From a virus, in IMG/VR virus record IMGVR_UViG_3300023235_000012, positions 32,001 to 96,000 of that record: a stretch of DNA of 64,000 nt, one strand, 5' to 3'. The notes below the pieces were generated by a model. The model was given only the letters and a program-made list of their open reading frames with translations, had not been told where the DNA came from and made no database searches. A program made the translations under genes and the position numbers. Positions 19,222 to 28,662 of this stretch are shown piece by piece (position 1 is the stretch's first letter; every line of letters starts with the position of its first letter).

Positions 19222-19638
19222 TTACTTGATTTGTAGGATCTTTGGTTTCTTTTCTTCCGGGATTTTCTTCTCAAGGAAGACAGTCAATAGACCATTTTCA
19301 AGAGAAACACCAGTTACTTCAACTAAAAGATCAAGTTTGAATTCGCGGTCGAAATCACGAGTGGCGATACCGAAATATACAAAATTAGTGGGATCATTTA
19401 CTTCTTCTTTGTGACCTTTAATTGTAAGCTTCCCTGGTTGTGCAGTCACCGTCAATTCATCTTTGGAAAATCCTGCCACTGCTAGAGTGATTTCAAAATT
19501 TTCATCGTTAAGCTTTGCGATATTATACGGTGGATAACTGTTTACTCTCGCGGAAGCTGCGCGATCCCAAAGATCGTCAAAGCCTACTGTCATGCGATTT
19601 AGTCCGGGAAGAAGTGATGATAATTGTCTGTTTGTCAT
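19222..19638 (-). CDS. small heat-shock protein Hsp20 (IbpA-like)
   Basis: YPPYNI, LAVAGF, GIATRDF.REF, L.NGLL, PEEKKP..L.I; SD AGGAGG before ATG 19638. Confidence 0.92.
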   Translation of the reverse strand: MTNRQLSSLLPGLNRMTVGFDDLWDRAASARVNSYPPYNIAKLNDENFEITLAVAGFSKDELTVTAQPGKLTIKGHKEEVNDPTNFVYFGIATRDFDREFKLDLLVEVTGVSLENGLLTVFLEKKIPEEKKPKILQIK

Positions 19639-19719
19639 AATTGACCTCCTAAGTTTAGCAAGGTAATGTTTTGGTCCTCGACATAGAGCGACCGGTAAAT
19701 GAACCCTTTTGGCGTTCAC
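19639..19719 (-). promoter_or_regulatory. ROSE-like RNA thermometer 5' UTR
   Basis: Three hairpins; the last pairs CUUGCU (bulged G) with the AGGAG SD. Confidence 0.65.
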
Positions 19720-19765
19720 TATTACATATAGTAATTCGAAAGGGTTTTGTCAAGGTTTTTTTGAA

Positions 19766-19795
19766 AAAATAGAGGGGAAATTTCCCCTCTATTTT
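19766..19795. terminator. palindromic, probably bidirectional terminator
   Basis: AAAATAGAGGGGAAATTTCCCCTCTATTTT perfect palindrome. Confidence 0.75.
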
Positions 19796-19803
19796 CGATT
19801 ATT

Positions 19804-20205
19804 TTAGTAATTTACCTGGTTATAATCCCCCAGGTAATGTGTTTCCCGATTGGGGATCAATTCTCCCCTCTTTTCGGCCATATGACTCACTTGAATCTTA
19901 CGATCCCGTTCGCGGCGAGCCTTTCGGGTTCGTCCCCTCTTAAGGGCTGAAAGATGATGGATTGTATCATGATCCAGTTCTTGCTCTTCTTCGCGTAGCA
20001 TCTTCTGTTGCCGTCGTCGGGCAGCAGCCGTTGCTTTTCTCGTCTTCTCACCTTTTCCAATAAACGCTTCTTTAGAGCGGATATCAGTAATCCAACGTTC
20101 TTGAACTAAGAGTCGTCGGAGACGAGAAAGGCCCTTATCTACTTCGTTGTTAAAGACTTTTACGGTGGTGGAAAAATCGCCCATTCCCTTGTGCTTGTTG
20201 CCCAT
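19804..20205 (-). CDS. rpsU: ribosomal protein bS21-like with C-terminal extension
   Basis: VKV.NN.VDKGL.RL.R...E....DIR.KE.F....EK.RK..AAARRR; about 60 extra residues. Confidence 0.7.
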   Translation of the reverse strand: MGNKHKGMGDFSTTVKVFNNEVDKGLSRLRRLLVQERWITDIRSKEAFIGKGEKTRKATAAARRRQQKMLREEEQELDHDTIHHLSALKRGRTRKARRERDRKIQVSHMAEKRGELIPNRETHYLGDYNQVNY

Positions 20206-20211
20206 TTTGAA

Positions 20212-20703
20212 TTATTCTCCCTTGGCAATGGTGGCACTCAACGCTCGACCTTCGAACGTCTTATTTTTAATATAACGTAAACCATCAATCATATCAATAA
20301 GTTTCTTGAATGTTTCTTCTCCTTGTGGTTTGTTTGCCAATTCTCTTCCACGAAAGCGCATTGTGATCTTAACTTGGTTTCCTTTTTTTAGAAATTCAGA
20401 AATACGCTTAGCTTTGATTTGAAGATCATGTTTGTCGGTTACTGGCCTGAGTCTGATTTCTTTGGTTTCAATCCGAGATTCCGCTTGTTTCTTCTTGCTC
20501 TCTTTCTCTTTTTTCTGAAGTTCGTATTTGTATTTTCCAATATCAGCTAATCTACAGACTGGTGGATCTGCTTTTTCTGTGATTAAAATTAAATCCAATC
20601 CTTCTCTAGCTGCTAAATTTTTAGCTTCGTTGATTGAAAGAATTCCATGATTACTTATTCGTACTTTTTCGAATCTGATTTGATCATTTATTATTATCTG
20701 CAA
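20212..20703 (-). CDS. infC: translation initiation factor IF-3
   Basis: INDQIR, GLDLI, PPVCRL.D.GKYKYE, KEIRLRP...HD, K.TMRFRGRE; TTG start. Confidence 0.95.
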   Translation of the reverse strand: MQIIINDQIRFEKVRISNHGILSINEAKNLAAREGLDLILITEKADPPVCRLADIGKYKYELQKKEKESKKKQAESRIETKEIRLRPVTDKHDLQIKAKRISEFLKKGNQVKITMRFRGRELANKPQGEETFKKLIDMIDGLRYIKNKTFEGRALSATIAKGE

Positions 20704-20715
20704 TTTTTGAGTCCT

Positions 20716-22143
20716 TTAAGTAGCAAGCCAACTTCCTTTTTTAGGTTTTTTGGGATTAATATCTTCTTGGGGTTTGATTACATCTTTTTTATCGAGGTAT
20801 TCATCTAGACGAGATCTCAAATCACCGTCTTGATCTAGAACATGCTGAATTTCGAGATTGTCTAACATTTTTGGATTATTGACAATCTGCTCTATCAATT
20901 CGTCATCTTTCAATACAGGCTCGGGTTCAGGCTCGGGCTCGACCGTTAAACTTTCTTCCACAAAAGAATCTTTTCTTCCATCTTCTAGGTTAAGAAGTTT
21001 TTCTTTGGATTCTTCTTTCTCGTCCTTATACCAATTGAAAGTGTATTGGCTCGCGATCAATAATACCACTGCCAACGGATCGAAGACAACAACGATCATT
21101 ACGATAAACCAAGTGACTGCTCTTTCAAGTAAATTGGAATCCGATTCTCCATAAATCGCTTCTGCGATGAATTTTATCGGCCCCACTTTAGCTTCTAGCT
21201 CTCTATTGACCGACTCCAGCTGAAATTTTTCCTGTGTCAACGAATCAAGATCGACATTGGCTTTTCGTATTTTTTCTTGTTGACTGTCAATAATTTTATC
21301 AAGATCATCTGTTTCACTGTGTCCCAGTTTAGCACGAAGACGATTGATCAATTCATTAGAGTCTTCGATTTGAGTCTTCGCCAAAGTAATTGCCAGGTTA
21401 CCTGTTCGAATTTTATCGATTTGTTCTTGGAGTTCCTGTCTTCTTTCTTGTTTCTGCGCTCTAAATGATTTTATTGCCGCGGCAGTAGCTGGACCATATT
21501 GACCATCCGGATTTGTTCCTACTATCTGTTGTGATTGTTTTATGTTCTGAGAATTAATAGAGGATTGCAATTGACCCAAAATAGATTCGATTTCGTTTAG
21601 TTCTTGCTGGAAAGGTTCGATACGAGCATTCTGAGATTGCTCTGCGTCCTTCAATCTTTGTAGAGAAACGTCTATTCTATTCTGTTCTTTATCAATTTGT
21701 GATTGAATGTTGACATCGGCACCAGAACCAACAGTCTGAGTTTGCTCTATTCGTTGTGTTGCTCGTTGGATGATTGATTCTTGTCTAGCGATCTCCGAAA
21801 TCACTCTTTCAATTTGAGCGATGCTTTCAGTTCCTGCTGCTTTCTGATCCGTGTGTGCCTTGGACAAGAAACCAAAGATTCCAGTCGATGTAATAATCAT
21901 CAAGATTACTACGCTCGAAACCAACCATATCTTGATCGGTTTAGAAGCTTTTCCCCAGAAATGATGAAGCCATAAAACGGCGGTTAGCTTTGAAAATTCA
22001 ATGATGCCACCCATGATAATAGCGGCGATTGGTGCGGCGGCAAAAATAGCAACGATTCCCGACACAGAATAATAAATGGCGACGGTGCTCAAAAGCAATG
22101 CCGTAATCAATGTCAGAAATGCAAAGAAAAACGTTTCGCGCAT
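20716..22143 (-). CDS. multi-TM coiled-coil membrane protein with peptidoglycan-binding-like motif
   Basis: Three N-terminal TM segments, long coiled coil containing PDGQYGPATAAAI, C-terminal TM (VVFDPLAV). Confidence 0.7.
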   Translation of the reverse strand: MRETFFFAFLTLITALLLSTVAIYYSVSGIVAIFAAAPIAAIIMGGIIEFSKLTAVLWLHHFWGKASKPIKIWLVSSVVILMIITSTGIFGFLSKAHTDQKAAGTESIAQIERVISEIARQESIIQRATQRIEQTQTVGSGADVNIQSQIDKEQNRIDVSLQRLKDAEQSQNARIEPFQQELNEIESILGQLQSSINSQNIKQSQQIVGTNPDGQYGPATAAAIKSFRAQKQERRQELQEQIDKIRTGNLAITLAKTQIEDSNELINRLRAKLGHSETDDLDKIIDSQQEKIRKANVDLDSLTQEKFQLESVNRELEAKVGPIKFIAEAIYGESDSNLLERAVTWFIVMIVVVFDPLAVVLLIASQYTFNWYKDEKEESKEKLLNLEDGRKDSFVEESLTVEPEPEPEPVLKDDELIEQIVNNPKMLDNLEIQHVLDQDGDLRSRLDEYLDKKDVIKPQEDINPKKPKKGSWLAT

Positions 22144-22195
22144 TTAAAGGTTCTTAGCTGTCATTTCGATATCAAATTCATATTTTATTTAGACG

Positions 22196-22795
22196 TTAAC
22201 CTACGTTGACGACTTGGGTAACCGTGACGTTAGTTTCTGCGTCTGTGATTCTTAATGTCAGCGTTCCACCTACAGCATCTGCGTCGACATCTTCCTCTGT
22301 GATAACCTGTCCGGCGTCTCTAGCATTAGATTTGGTTGGATCATACCAATAAAGATTGGTATTGTAATTGTAGCAGAAGACTCTAGCAGCCATTCGTCTC
22401 ACCGCATTGACCCCAGTCAATTGATCTCCAGGATTAAGCTCATCATCAGTGTGGATATCGGTCAATTCTTTATCATAACCAACGGTGAAATCAATACGAT
22501 CTGGCGGATTATCAATCGTTCCATTTGTTGACTGACTATCGTCAACGTTGCCAAAATAAGCCACGACCTGTCCATCTTGAAGATGGTTCTGCAGAAGCTT
22601 CCAACGATATGCGCCACGACCTTTTCTTTTGCCTGCTACATCATTAGTTGGTACTGCTGTGCCTGGCGTTCCTTCAGGAGCAAAACCTGATTCTTCCCAG
22701 ACGTGAGTGTTATCAATAAAGCCGTCAGCCGGTGCCGTGGTTGAAAAACCTGTATCAACAATGCTAACTCTGAAAAAGATTCTGTCAAAAGACAT
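22196..22795 (-). CDS. hypothetical, probable late/virion protein
   Basis: SD AGGAG, TAAATA upstream, structural-type composition. Confidence 0.6.
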   Translation of the reverse strand: MSFDRIFFRVSIVDTGFSTTAPADGFIDNTHVWEESGFAPEGTPGTAVPTNDVAGKRKGRGAYRWKLLQNHLQDGQVVAYFGNVDDSQSTNGTIDNPPDRIDFTVGYDKELTDIHTDDELNPGDQLTGVNAVRRMAARVFCYNYNTNLYWYDPTKSNARDAGQVITEEDVDADAVGGTLTLRITDAETNVTVTQVVNVG

Positions 22796-22844
22796 GTTAT
22801 TCTCCTATAGTGGATTTCCCTTTGTTTTATTTATTAGTTTCCAA

Positions 22845-23276
22845 TCAAACAAGAAGCATCTCTTCAAATCCACCATTAATATCCAGCGAATAGACTATTC
22901 TTTTCAATTTATAGTGCTTAATAGCACCCATGCAACCAGCACAAGGTTTCGCAAGACCCCAATCATCTTTCTTACCTTTCACCCTACCAATATAAATTGT
23001 GGCTTTTTTCAGATCTTCTGGGTTAATTCCTTTCAATGCTCGATGAATACATTGAGTTTCCGCATGAGAATAGATAGCTTCTTTATGTTTTGCGAACCGT
23101 GCACAAAAAGGATGAGTCTTGTCAGAATTAAAACCGATCGAAACCAGTTTATTGCGGATTGTAATTATCGCGCAAAGCTTTGCCTTCTTTTTTATTCCGT
23201 TGCCGGGTACATGATCTTTTGCAAGATCAGTAATCATTTTCATGAAATGCCGATCGTGAATCAATCGAGTGTCCAT
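22845..23276 (-). CDS. zinc-dependent cytidine/deoxycytidylate deaminase-family protein
   Basis: HAE and PCAGC motifs. Confidence 0.85.
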   Translation of the reverse strand: MDTRLIHDRHFMKMITDLAKDHVPGNGIKKKAKLCAIITIRNKLVSIGFNSDKTHPFCARFAKHKEAIYSHAETQCIHRALKGINPEDLKKATIYIGRVKGKKDDWGLAKPCAGCMGAIKHYKLKRIVYSLDINGGFEEMLLV

Positions 23277-23365
23277 GCTTTTTCTCCATTTTCATTCTTG
23301 AACTTACTAAATCATCTTTTGATAGTGATGATAATGATAATGAAAATATTGATTGTCGCATGTTC

Positions 23366-23638
23366 TTACTTCCGTCCAAATCTATTTTTAAATGACAAAT
23401 TTTGCTCAGCAAATTGTTCTTTTGTTGAGATTTCTGTTCTAGTTTCTGATAGTGTCTGTATGCCGAAATGCTTCCTTGGATTCCCACAACCACAACACGA
23501 ACAAGGTGTTCTTCTGCTATGCAATCTTAGAGCAGTTCTAGTCGTCTGCTCTTCATCAAAATTACAAAGCCGGATCCATTTCTTATATTCTGCTTTAATT
23601 CGCCTTTGCCGATGATGACGTCTTAATGCTCTTTTCAT
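23366..23638 (-). CDS. basic hypothetical protein (CSC..CGNPRK family)
   Basis: PCSCCGCGNPRK; SD AGGAG. Confidence 0.65.
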   Translation of the reverse strand: MKRALRRHHRQRRIKAEYKKWIRLCNFDEEQTTRTALRLHSRRTPCSCCGCGNPRKHFGIQTLSETRTEISTKEQFAEQNLSFKNRFGRK

Positions 23639-23709
23639 TTTCTTCTCCTAAAAGTACCGGCACCACCGGCGTGATTAAGTTAGGAGAATACGTTAAATGT
23701 TTCATGTTC

Positions 23710-24240
23710 TTATTTAATCACCATATAGATATGATCACCAAGACGATTTGTCCAGACTGCTCTCTTTGTCCAAGGAACATCATTGAAAATGTCATGTCGA
23801 ACATAATGAGTAGCACCATTGGTTGGATCGTCAAGGTCGAACCTATCGGCCCAGAAAACCATCAAAGCAACAAATTGGGCTTCAATCCACGCTTGGTCAT
23901 CTTTCGGAAAATCCGAACGGCCATCATTCGTCCAGCTAAATTGACTTGATTGCCAAATCACATCACAGATGGTTTTGGCGCCTCGATAAGCTTTGGTCAA
24001 TCTATTCATCGCAACAAAAGCTGTTCCAACCTTATCGATAAGAACAGATCCACGAGATTCGTGATAGACGTTCAACGCCAGGCATGCCAAGTCCTTTCTG
24101 ACATCTTCCGGTGCCTTCGTTAGGGGACTGATCATATCAGTCTCGGACCATATTCGATCCATTACTGTTTGATCGACGTCGGAACTAGCTATTGCAGGGC
24201 ATGCTAGCAGAACAAAAACTACTGTCAGAATTTTTCGCAA
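23710..24240 (-). CDS. cell wall hydrolase, SleB/Hydrolase_2 family
   Basis: Signal peptide; CLALNVYHESRG, ICDVI.Q..QFSW, DPTNGATHY, GDHIY. Confidence 0.9.
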   Translation of the reverse strand: MRKILTVVFVLLACPAIASSDVDQTVMDRIWSETDMISPLTKAPEDVRKDLACLALNVYHESRGSVLIDKVGTAFVAMNRLTKAYRGAKTICDVIWQSSQFSWTNDGRSDFPKDDQAWIEAQFVALMVFWADRFDLDDPTNGATHYVRHDIFNDVPWTKRAVWTNRLGDHIYMVIK

Positions 24241-24474
24241 AGGATCATCCTCTTTTTTAAATACCTTTTATCTTAACATTTTCGAAAGAGAAATGCAAAA
24301 TTTACGCGAAGCTATGTTCCCGACGGAGTTTGTCGGCCAATTGCTGTGCTTGCAACCACATCACCACGATTCACCAATTTATCTAATGATTCTTTTGTTA
24401 CTACTGTCTTCATTGAAAATCTCCTTCCTAATTACCCTTACAGTATAACATAGGAAGGAGATAAGTCAAGCGTT

Positions 24475-24780
24475 TTATCGTAATGAATAAGCTCTTGTGA
24501 TCGAATCATAAAAATCATCAATAAAACGTTCAAAGATGAAAACCGTATGCTTGATCTTTTCTTTTTTTGGTTTGATTTTTGATTCAATTTCGTTTCGAGT
24601 GATCCCGATGTCCTTCAATTCATAATCAGTCATGCTATTTAAGCTATTACGAGCTCTATTTAGTTCATTGTGTGCTTTAATTGGTGACATTATTCTATTA
24701 AACAGATTAATTATCATCTGTTTGATTGTTGCAGTTCGATTTGCCTTTGCGGCGATTAATCTTTTTTCGATTGTGTTCAT
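24475..24780 (-). CDS. DUF1127-domain protein
   Basis: R.R..L..MTDYELKDIGITR.EI. Confidence 0.8.
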   Translation of the reverse strand: MNTIEKRLIAAKANRTATIKQMIINLFNRIMSPIKAHNELNRARNSLNSMTDYELKDIGITRNEIESKIKPKKEKIKHTVFIFERFIDDFYDSITRAYSLR

Positions 24781-24938
24781 GTCCTAGTCCTTCTTTCAGT
24801 AAAAATAATTGAAACCTACGATTAGCATTTCAACACCTTTCTATGTTGCGGTGCCACATATATTTAACATCTTAAGGACTAAAATTTGTATATTATTTTT
24901 ACATGTCACCTATGTGATTTTCACATAAGTCTGAATGA

Positions 24939-25730
24939 TTAAACTCGATAAAGAACTTGATCGAATGTACCTAAGTTTGCGACATCAGGATCATAGGCGA
25001 ATCTAACCCATTGAGCGTTGACATTGAAGTCAAGATTTTGAATGTCTGACTCAGAGACGTAATCGATAAAATCAGTGGCTCCACCGACATTAACGTTAAA
25101 CCACTCAGAGTTTGCGGCAGGTGCAGTGTTATCCAGTGAGGCTTGAACCCAAAATCGACCAGTGAAATTCGTCAAATAAGCTACTAAGCTATGCAATCCA
25201 TCATGACGACCTTCTTGTGCGTCTCCTGGATAAGCACTAGAGTAATAAACTCCACTGCTCAAACTCCAAACTGTTGCGTCACTGATTGTTGCGGCTTTAA
25301 AGGAAGGCATTGCATTATCCAACAACCAAACTTCTGCGATAGCACTGTAATCGGTGTCACCATAAAGATTGTATTCATCTTGGTTTTCATCGAGGATCGT
25401 TACAACCATTCTGTAGGTTCCTGGTCTCCACTCTGCAGTTTCACCTTCTAGCATGGTGAGTTCCCATTGTCCTTTAGCTGCATCTATTTCATCGAGCTCT
25501 CTTTGAAGAACCAATTCTTCGGTTTCGTTTGAAACCAAGTAAGCAGTGAAAACTTTTCCGGCGGCGGGAATAACTTTTTTGTCACTGTTCTTTATCGTGA
25601 CATAGATTCTAGAAGCCACACCTTGATAGATCTTAAATTTTCGTTGTGTCATTGGTAGGTTCTCCAACAGTCCTGCCGTCGAATACAATAGTTCCAAGTT
25701 TTGTCTATATGAATAAAAATCAATCTTCAT
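24939..25730 (-). CDS. probable virion structural protein
   Basis: KIYQG...I...IKN.D.K N-domain, beta-rich; TAAATA upstream. Confidence 0.6.
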   Translation of the reverse strand: MKIDFYSYRQNLELLYSTAGLLENLPMTQRKFKIYQGVASRIYVTIKNSDKKVIPAAGKVFTAYLVSNETEELVLQRELDEIDAAKGQWELTMLEGETAEWRPGTYRMVVTILDENQDEYNLYGDTDYSAIAEVWLLDNAMPSFKAATISDATVWSLSSGVYYSSAYPGDAQEGRHDGLHSLVAYLTNFTGRFWVQASLDNTAPAANSEWFNVNVGGATDFIDYVSESDIQNLDFNVNAQWVRFAYDPDVANLGTFDQVLYRV

Positions 25731-25792
25731 TTGTACCCGTTTTTTCAGCATTAAATAACTTTGTACTTAATATTTATTAGAAAGAAAGAAAG

Positions 25793-26182
25793 ATGACAAA
25801 CGAATTTAACAAATTACATGATCGATTTCCGTTCCTCTCTTTAGGAGTTTTTAAGACCACCGACTATCATGTCGGTATCGTCTTAAATCAGACCCGACAG
25901 TTCATTGGTATGTATCTCTTAGAAGATTTGAAAACTACTGCTGAGAAAAAGCATTTCTTGGAACTTGGTGAAATATGGTGGTGGGAATCAAATCGAATGC
26001 TTCCAATCTCTATTTTCCTAAAACAAGAATTCAAACCGTTTAGATATGTTTTAAGGAATTTTGCAAATAAGGATTTCAAAATTCTTCAAGGGCCTGTCAC
26101 CAGTTTACAGAATGTAGTACAGAAGAGAATCAAACGAAGAACGATAAACCTTGAAGCAAAGAACAGGAAGAAAAGAATCTAA
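25793..26182 (+). CDS. conserved jumbo-phage hypothetical protein
   Basis: FPFLS...FLELGE.WWWESNR.LPI.IFL. Confidence 0.7.
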   Translation: MTNEFNKLHDRFPFLSLGVFKTTDYHVGIVLNQTRQFIGMYLLEDLKTTAEKKHFLELGEIWWWESNRMLPISIFLKQEFKPFRYVLRNFANKDFKILQGPVTSLQNVVQKRIKRRTINLEAKNRKKRI

Positions 26183-26432
26183 GAGATCATCGCTCTGATC
26201 GTCTTTATTTCTTCTTCGTTTCCCTGTTCTTTTGTGGCTTTATAAGCTGGATAATTTTCCTCAAGATTTTTCTCATATTCTTCCAGTGTCATATGAGAGT
26301 ATTGTGGTTAAGGTAAAAATCGATCCCACCACATTATTCATCGACTGAATATTTATAATTTCTATTGTTATTTCAGAAGACATCACTTTTCGAATTACAT
26401 CTTTTAATCCATCTTCAGAAAGAGTGTCGATG

Positions 26433-27014
26433 CTAGCCATTTAATTCTTCCATCAAAAGATTCAGCTGGACGATAATAACCAATGCGTACCCAAAACTAT
26501 GACTCATTTTAAACTGATACCGTTCTTCGCCAACATCCTTTTGCCAAATTTCTGCACGGATCTTCTCCCAAGATTCACCGATCAAGTGTTTCTTCGCTGG
26601 ACGAATTATCGCGATAGTCATCGCCAATTCGCTAAGAGAACAAGGTTTCATCTGCTTCACCACTTCATAATGATCATGTAATTGAAACAAGGTCTCAACT
26701 ACTTCTTTATGATCCAATAGACTCCAATCAGGATCCGTTTTGGTTAGACTACGTAGGTGATCGGGATCTCGGACGGCCTTGTAAACACCGTTATGAAGCA
26801 AGTCAACCTTGACGTAACCAAGCTGTTCTGATCTTTTATAGTCGAGTGAGCACCATCCAGTGATATGATCTTTTGGAACCTTCTGGAAATATACTCCTGA
26901 CTTGTGCTTTTCTATATTGGGTAATCTGTGTATTGACGCCGGTACATGAGGAAGCTTAGAAAGAACCTCTTCTCTGTTTTTTAAATCAATATCTACGTCA
27001 GGAATATCACGCAT
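26433..27014 (-). CDS. mini DNA polymerase III alpha (DnaE)-like palm protein
   Basis: PDVDID, H.SGVY, GYVKVDLL, A.IRP, F..SH...Y motifs in only 193 aa. Confidence 0.75.
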   Translation of the reverse strand: MRDIPDVDIDLKNREEVLSKLPHVPASIHRLPNIEKHKSGVYFQKVPKDHITGWCSLDYKRSEQLGYVKVDLLHNGVYKAVRDPDHLRSLTKTDPDWSLLDHKEVVETLFQLHDHYEVVKQMKPCSLSELAMTIAIIRPAKKHLIGESWEKIRAEIWQKDVGEERYQFKMSHSFGYALVIIVQLNLLMEELNG

Positions 27015-27327
27015 TATTAATCATGATTTGCTGTTGATACCTTTTCAATTTTTCTAGTTCGATTGATAATCGAGAAAACACTGAATGTAAGCGTTCAATT
27101 CGTCGACGCATTTCTTGATTTTCTTTTTCGAGTGCATTAACATGTTCAACTGATGGAACGTTAATTGTTTTTCCATCTACGTTGATTGCGACCGTCTTTT
27201 TGTTCGGAGATTGAACCTCAACTTTAGGGATAGATTCTGTTTTTTTTCTAGGCTTCTTACGAGAAGTAGAGTACATCGACAAATCTTCTTCTTTAATCTT
27301 CTTCTTAATTGCTAAGCCTTCGTTCAT
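27007..27327 (-). CDS. hypothetical coiled-coil protein
   Basis: SD GAGGA; coupled to the next gene. Confidence 0.6.
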   Translation of the reverse strand: MNEGLAIKKKIKEEDLSMYSTSRKKPRKKTESIPKVEVQSPNKKTVAINVDGKTINVPSVEHVNALEKENQEMRRRIERLHSVFSRLSIELEKLKRYQQQIMINNA

Positions 27328-27366
27328 ATTTCTATCCTCTGTTTACCTTATTTAAGCTGCTTAATG

Positions 27367-28032
27367 TTATATGCCAGCCTCTCTTAATTCTTTTTTCAAA
27401 TGCGGTACTTTCGGGTCGGATTTGACTCTCATTCTCCAATATAATGGATTGATAAGTTCTTTAATTGAATCCAATTCTTCTTGATCTAATTTTCCTAGAA
27501 GGTTTTCAGTTTGTGAGCACAAAATTACAAACCAAGGTGAAATTCTTCCTGTTCTAAGCCAAAGGCATAATCGATGTCCGGTTAGATTTAAACATACCTC
27601 TTGAAGTTCTAGTTCGTGCTCTATAGAATATTCTTGTAAGGTCTCTATAGATCTACTTACCGCAATATCAGAGTCCTCTGTCATTATTTTTTCATGAGCC
27701 CATTTGAAATAATGATTCTCGCTTGTCCATTTCCTAAACGGAGCGCCCGAACGCATCAAATAAGAAAAATATTCGTTTATATTCAATGGATTAATAGTCA
27801 TAAAAAACTTCGCTAGTGTCTCGTATGCTCTATATTGTTTTGATTCAAGAAACACGGTCTGAAGGTCTTTTTTGCTTCTTATTCGATGGAATTTTTTGAA
27901 TTCTGAGAACAATTCAAAGGCCATCATTCCTATCTGGTCGTGTCGTTGATTCCATCTTCTTTTCGGCTCACATATATGCTTTTCGAATGCTTCTTCTCTT
28001 TTGTATTCTTTCTTGCAGAAATCACACTTCAT
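27367..28032 (-). CDS. conserved hypothetical protein with N-terminal zinc finger
   Basis: CDFCKK.Y......KH.CE.KRR; G.ISPW. Confidence 0.7.
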   Translation of the reverse strand: MKCDFCKKEYKREEAFEKHICEPKRRWNQRHDQIGMMAFELFSEFKKFHRIRSKKDLQTVFLESKQYRAYETLAKFFMTINPLNINEYFSYLMRSGAPFRKWTSENHYFKWAHEKIMTEDSDIAVSRSIETLQEYSIEHELELQEVCLNLTGHRLCLWLRTGRISPWFVILCSQTENLLGKLDQEELDSIKELINPLYWRMRVKSDPKVPHLKKELREAGI

Positions 28033-28033
28033 A

Positions 28034-28183
28034 TCAATCTGCCGGCATCCGCATTACTTTGGGAAGATTAAAAGATGTTATTTTTCCCGTCTCATCACAT
28101 TTTGGACAATCTCTAATAGTTGCGCATGAACCGTTAGGATATGGACCTACCGTTCTTTCTCCTTTACACCTATCACACCTCAT
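28034..28183 (-). CDS. small DnaJ-type zinc-finger protein (49 aa)
   Basis: Hand translation MRCDRCKGE...CPKCDETG; coupled to both neighbours. Confidence 0.55.
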   Translation of the reverse strand: MRCDRCKGERTVGPYPNGSCATIRDCPKCDETGKITSFNLPKVMRMPAD

Positions 28184-28662
28184 TTGGTTTCCTTCTTGTA
28201 TTGTTTAACCAATTCTTTCTCTTCTTTTTCTGGCATGGCGTAATCAATCAACATCCTTCTAAATTGATCAGGTGTCATATTCTTCTTAATGATCCGAAGT
28301 TCAGTTTCATTCACTCCTTGAAAATATTCTTTCAAGACAGCGTCAATCTTTGATTTCACTCCACGAGAAGGTCCTTTGATCCATTTATGTTGTTGTCTCT
28401 TACCAACACCACAAGAAGCCATCAAACCCCAGATCAGTTCATCATGATCTTTTAGATCCCAAAGGTTTTTGTTTACTAACTCATTCGTCGTCTGAAGATA
28501 GAACGAATGCAGGCCTCCTTGATCTGGTGCTCCACTCATCCATCTCATAATTACGAAAGAAGCAAAAGCCTTCTTTTCATCATCATTTAATTCGGCATAG
28601 AAATCGTAGTTTCTATGATCAATATTGTCTAATGTTCTGAATATATCTAATTTAACTGCCAT
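28180..28662 (-). CDS. clamp-loader small subunit (gp62-like)
   Basis: EKKAF..FVIMRWMS...N...N......H..L.W.L...G.G....H.WI. Confidence 0.6.
   Translation of the reverse strand: MAVKLDIFRTLDNIDHRNYDFYAELNDDEKKAFASFVIMRWMSGAPDQGGLHSFYLQTTNELVNKNLWDLKDHDELIWGLMASCGVGKRQQHKWIKGPSRGVKSKIDAVLKEYFQGVNETELRIIKKNMTPDQFRRMLIDYAMPEKEEKELVKQYKKETK

Noticed and set aside
19639-19719. N-terminal extension of Hsp20 from GTG 19719
   Set aside because: A strong SD precedes ATG 19638, and the region folds as a structured 5' UTR.
20701-20706. AUU autoregulatory start for phage infC
   Set aside because: The ATT here is out of frame; the in-frame start after the SD is TTG.
22707-23615. 302-aa plus-strand ORF
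   Set aside because: Antisense to three motif-bearing minus-strand genes; Phe/Ser/Leu-rich shadow composition; no SD or recognisable motif.
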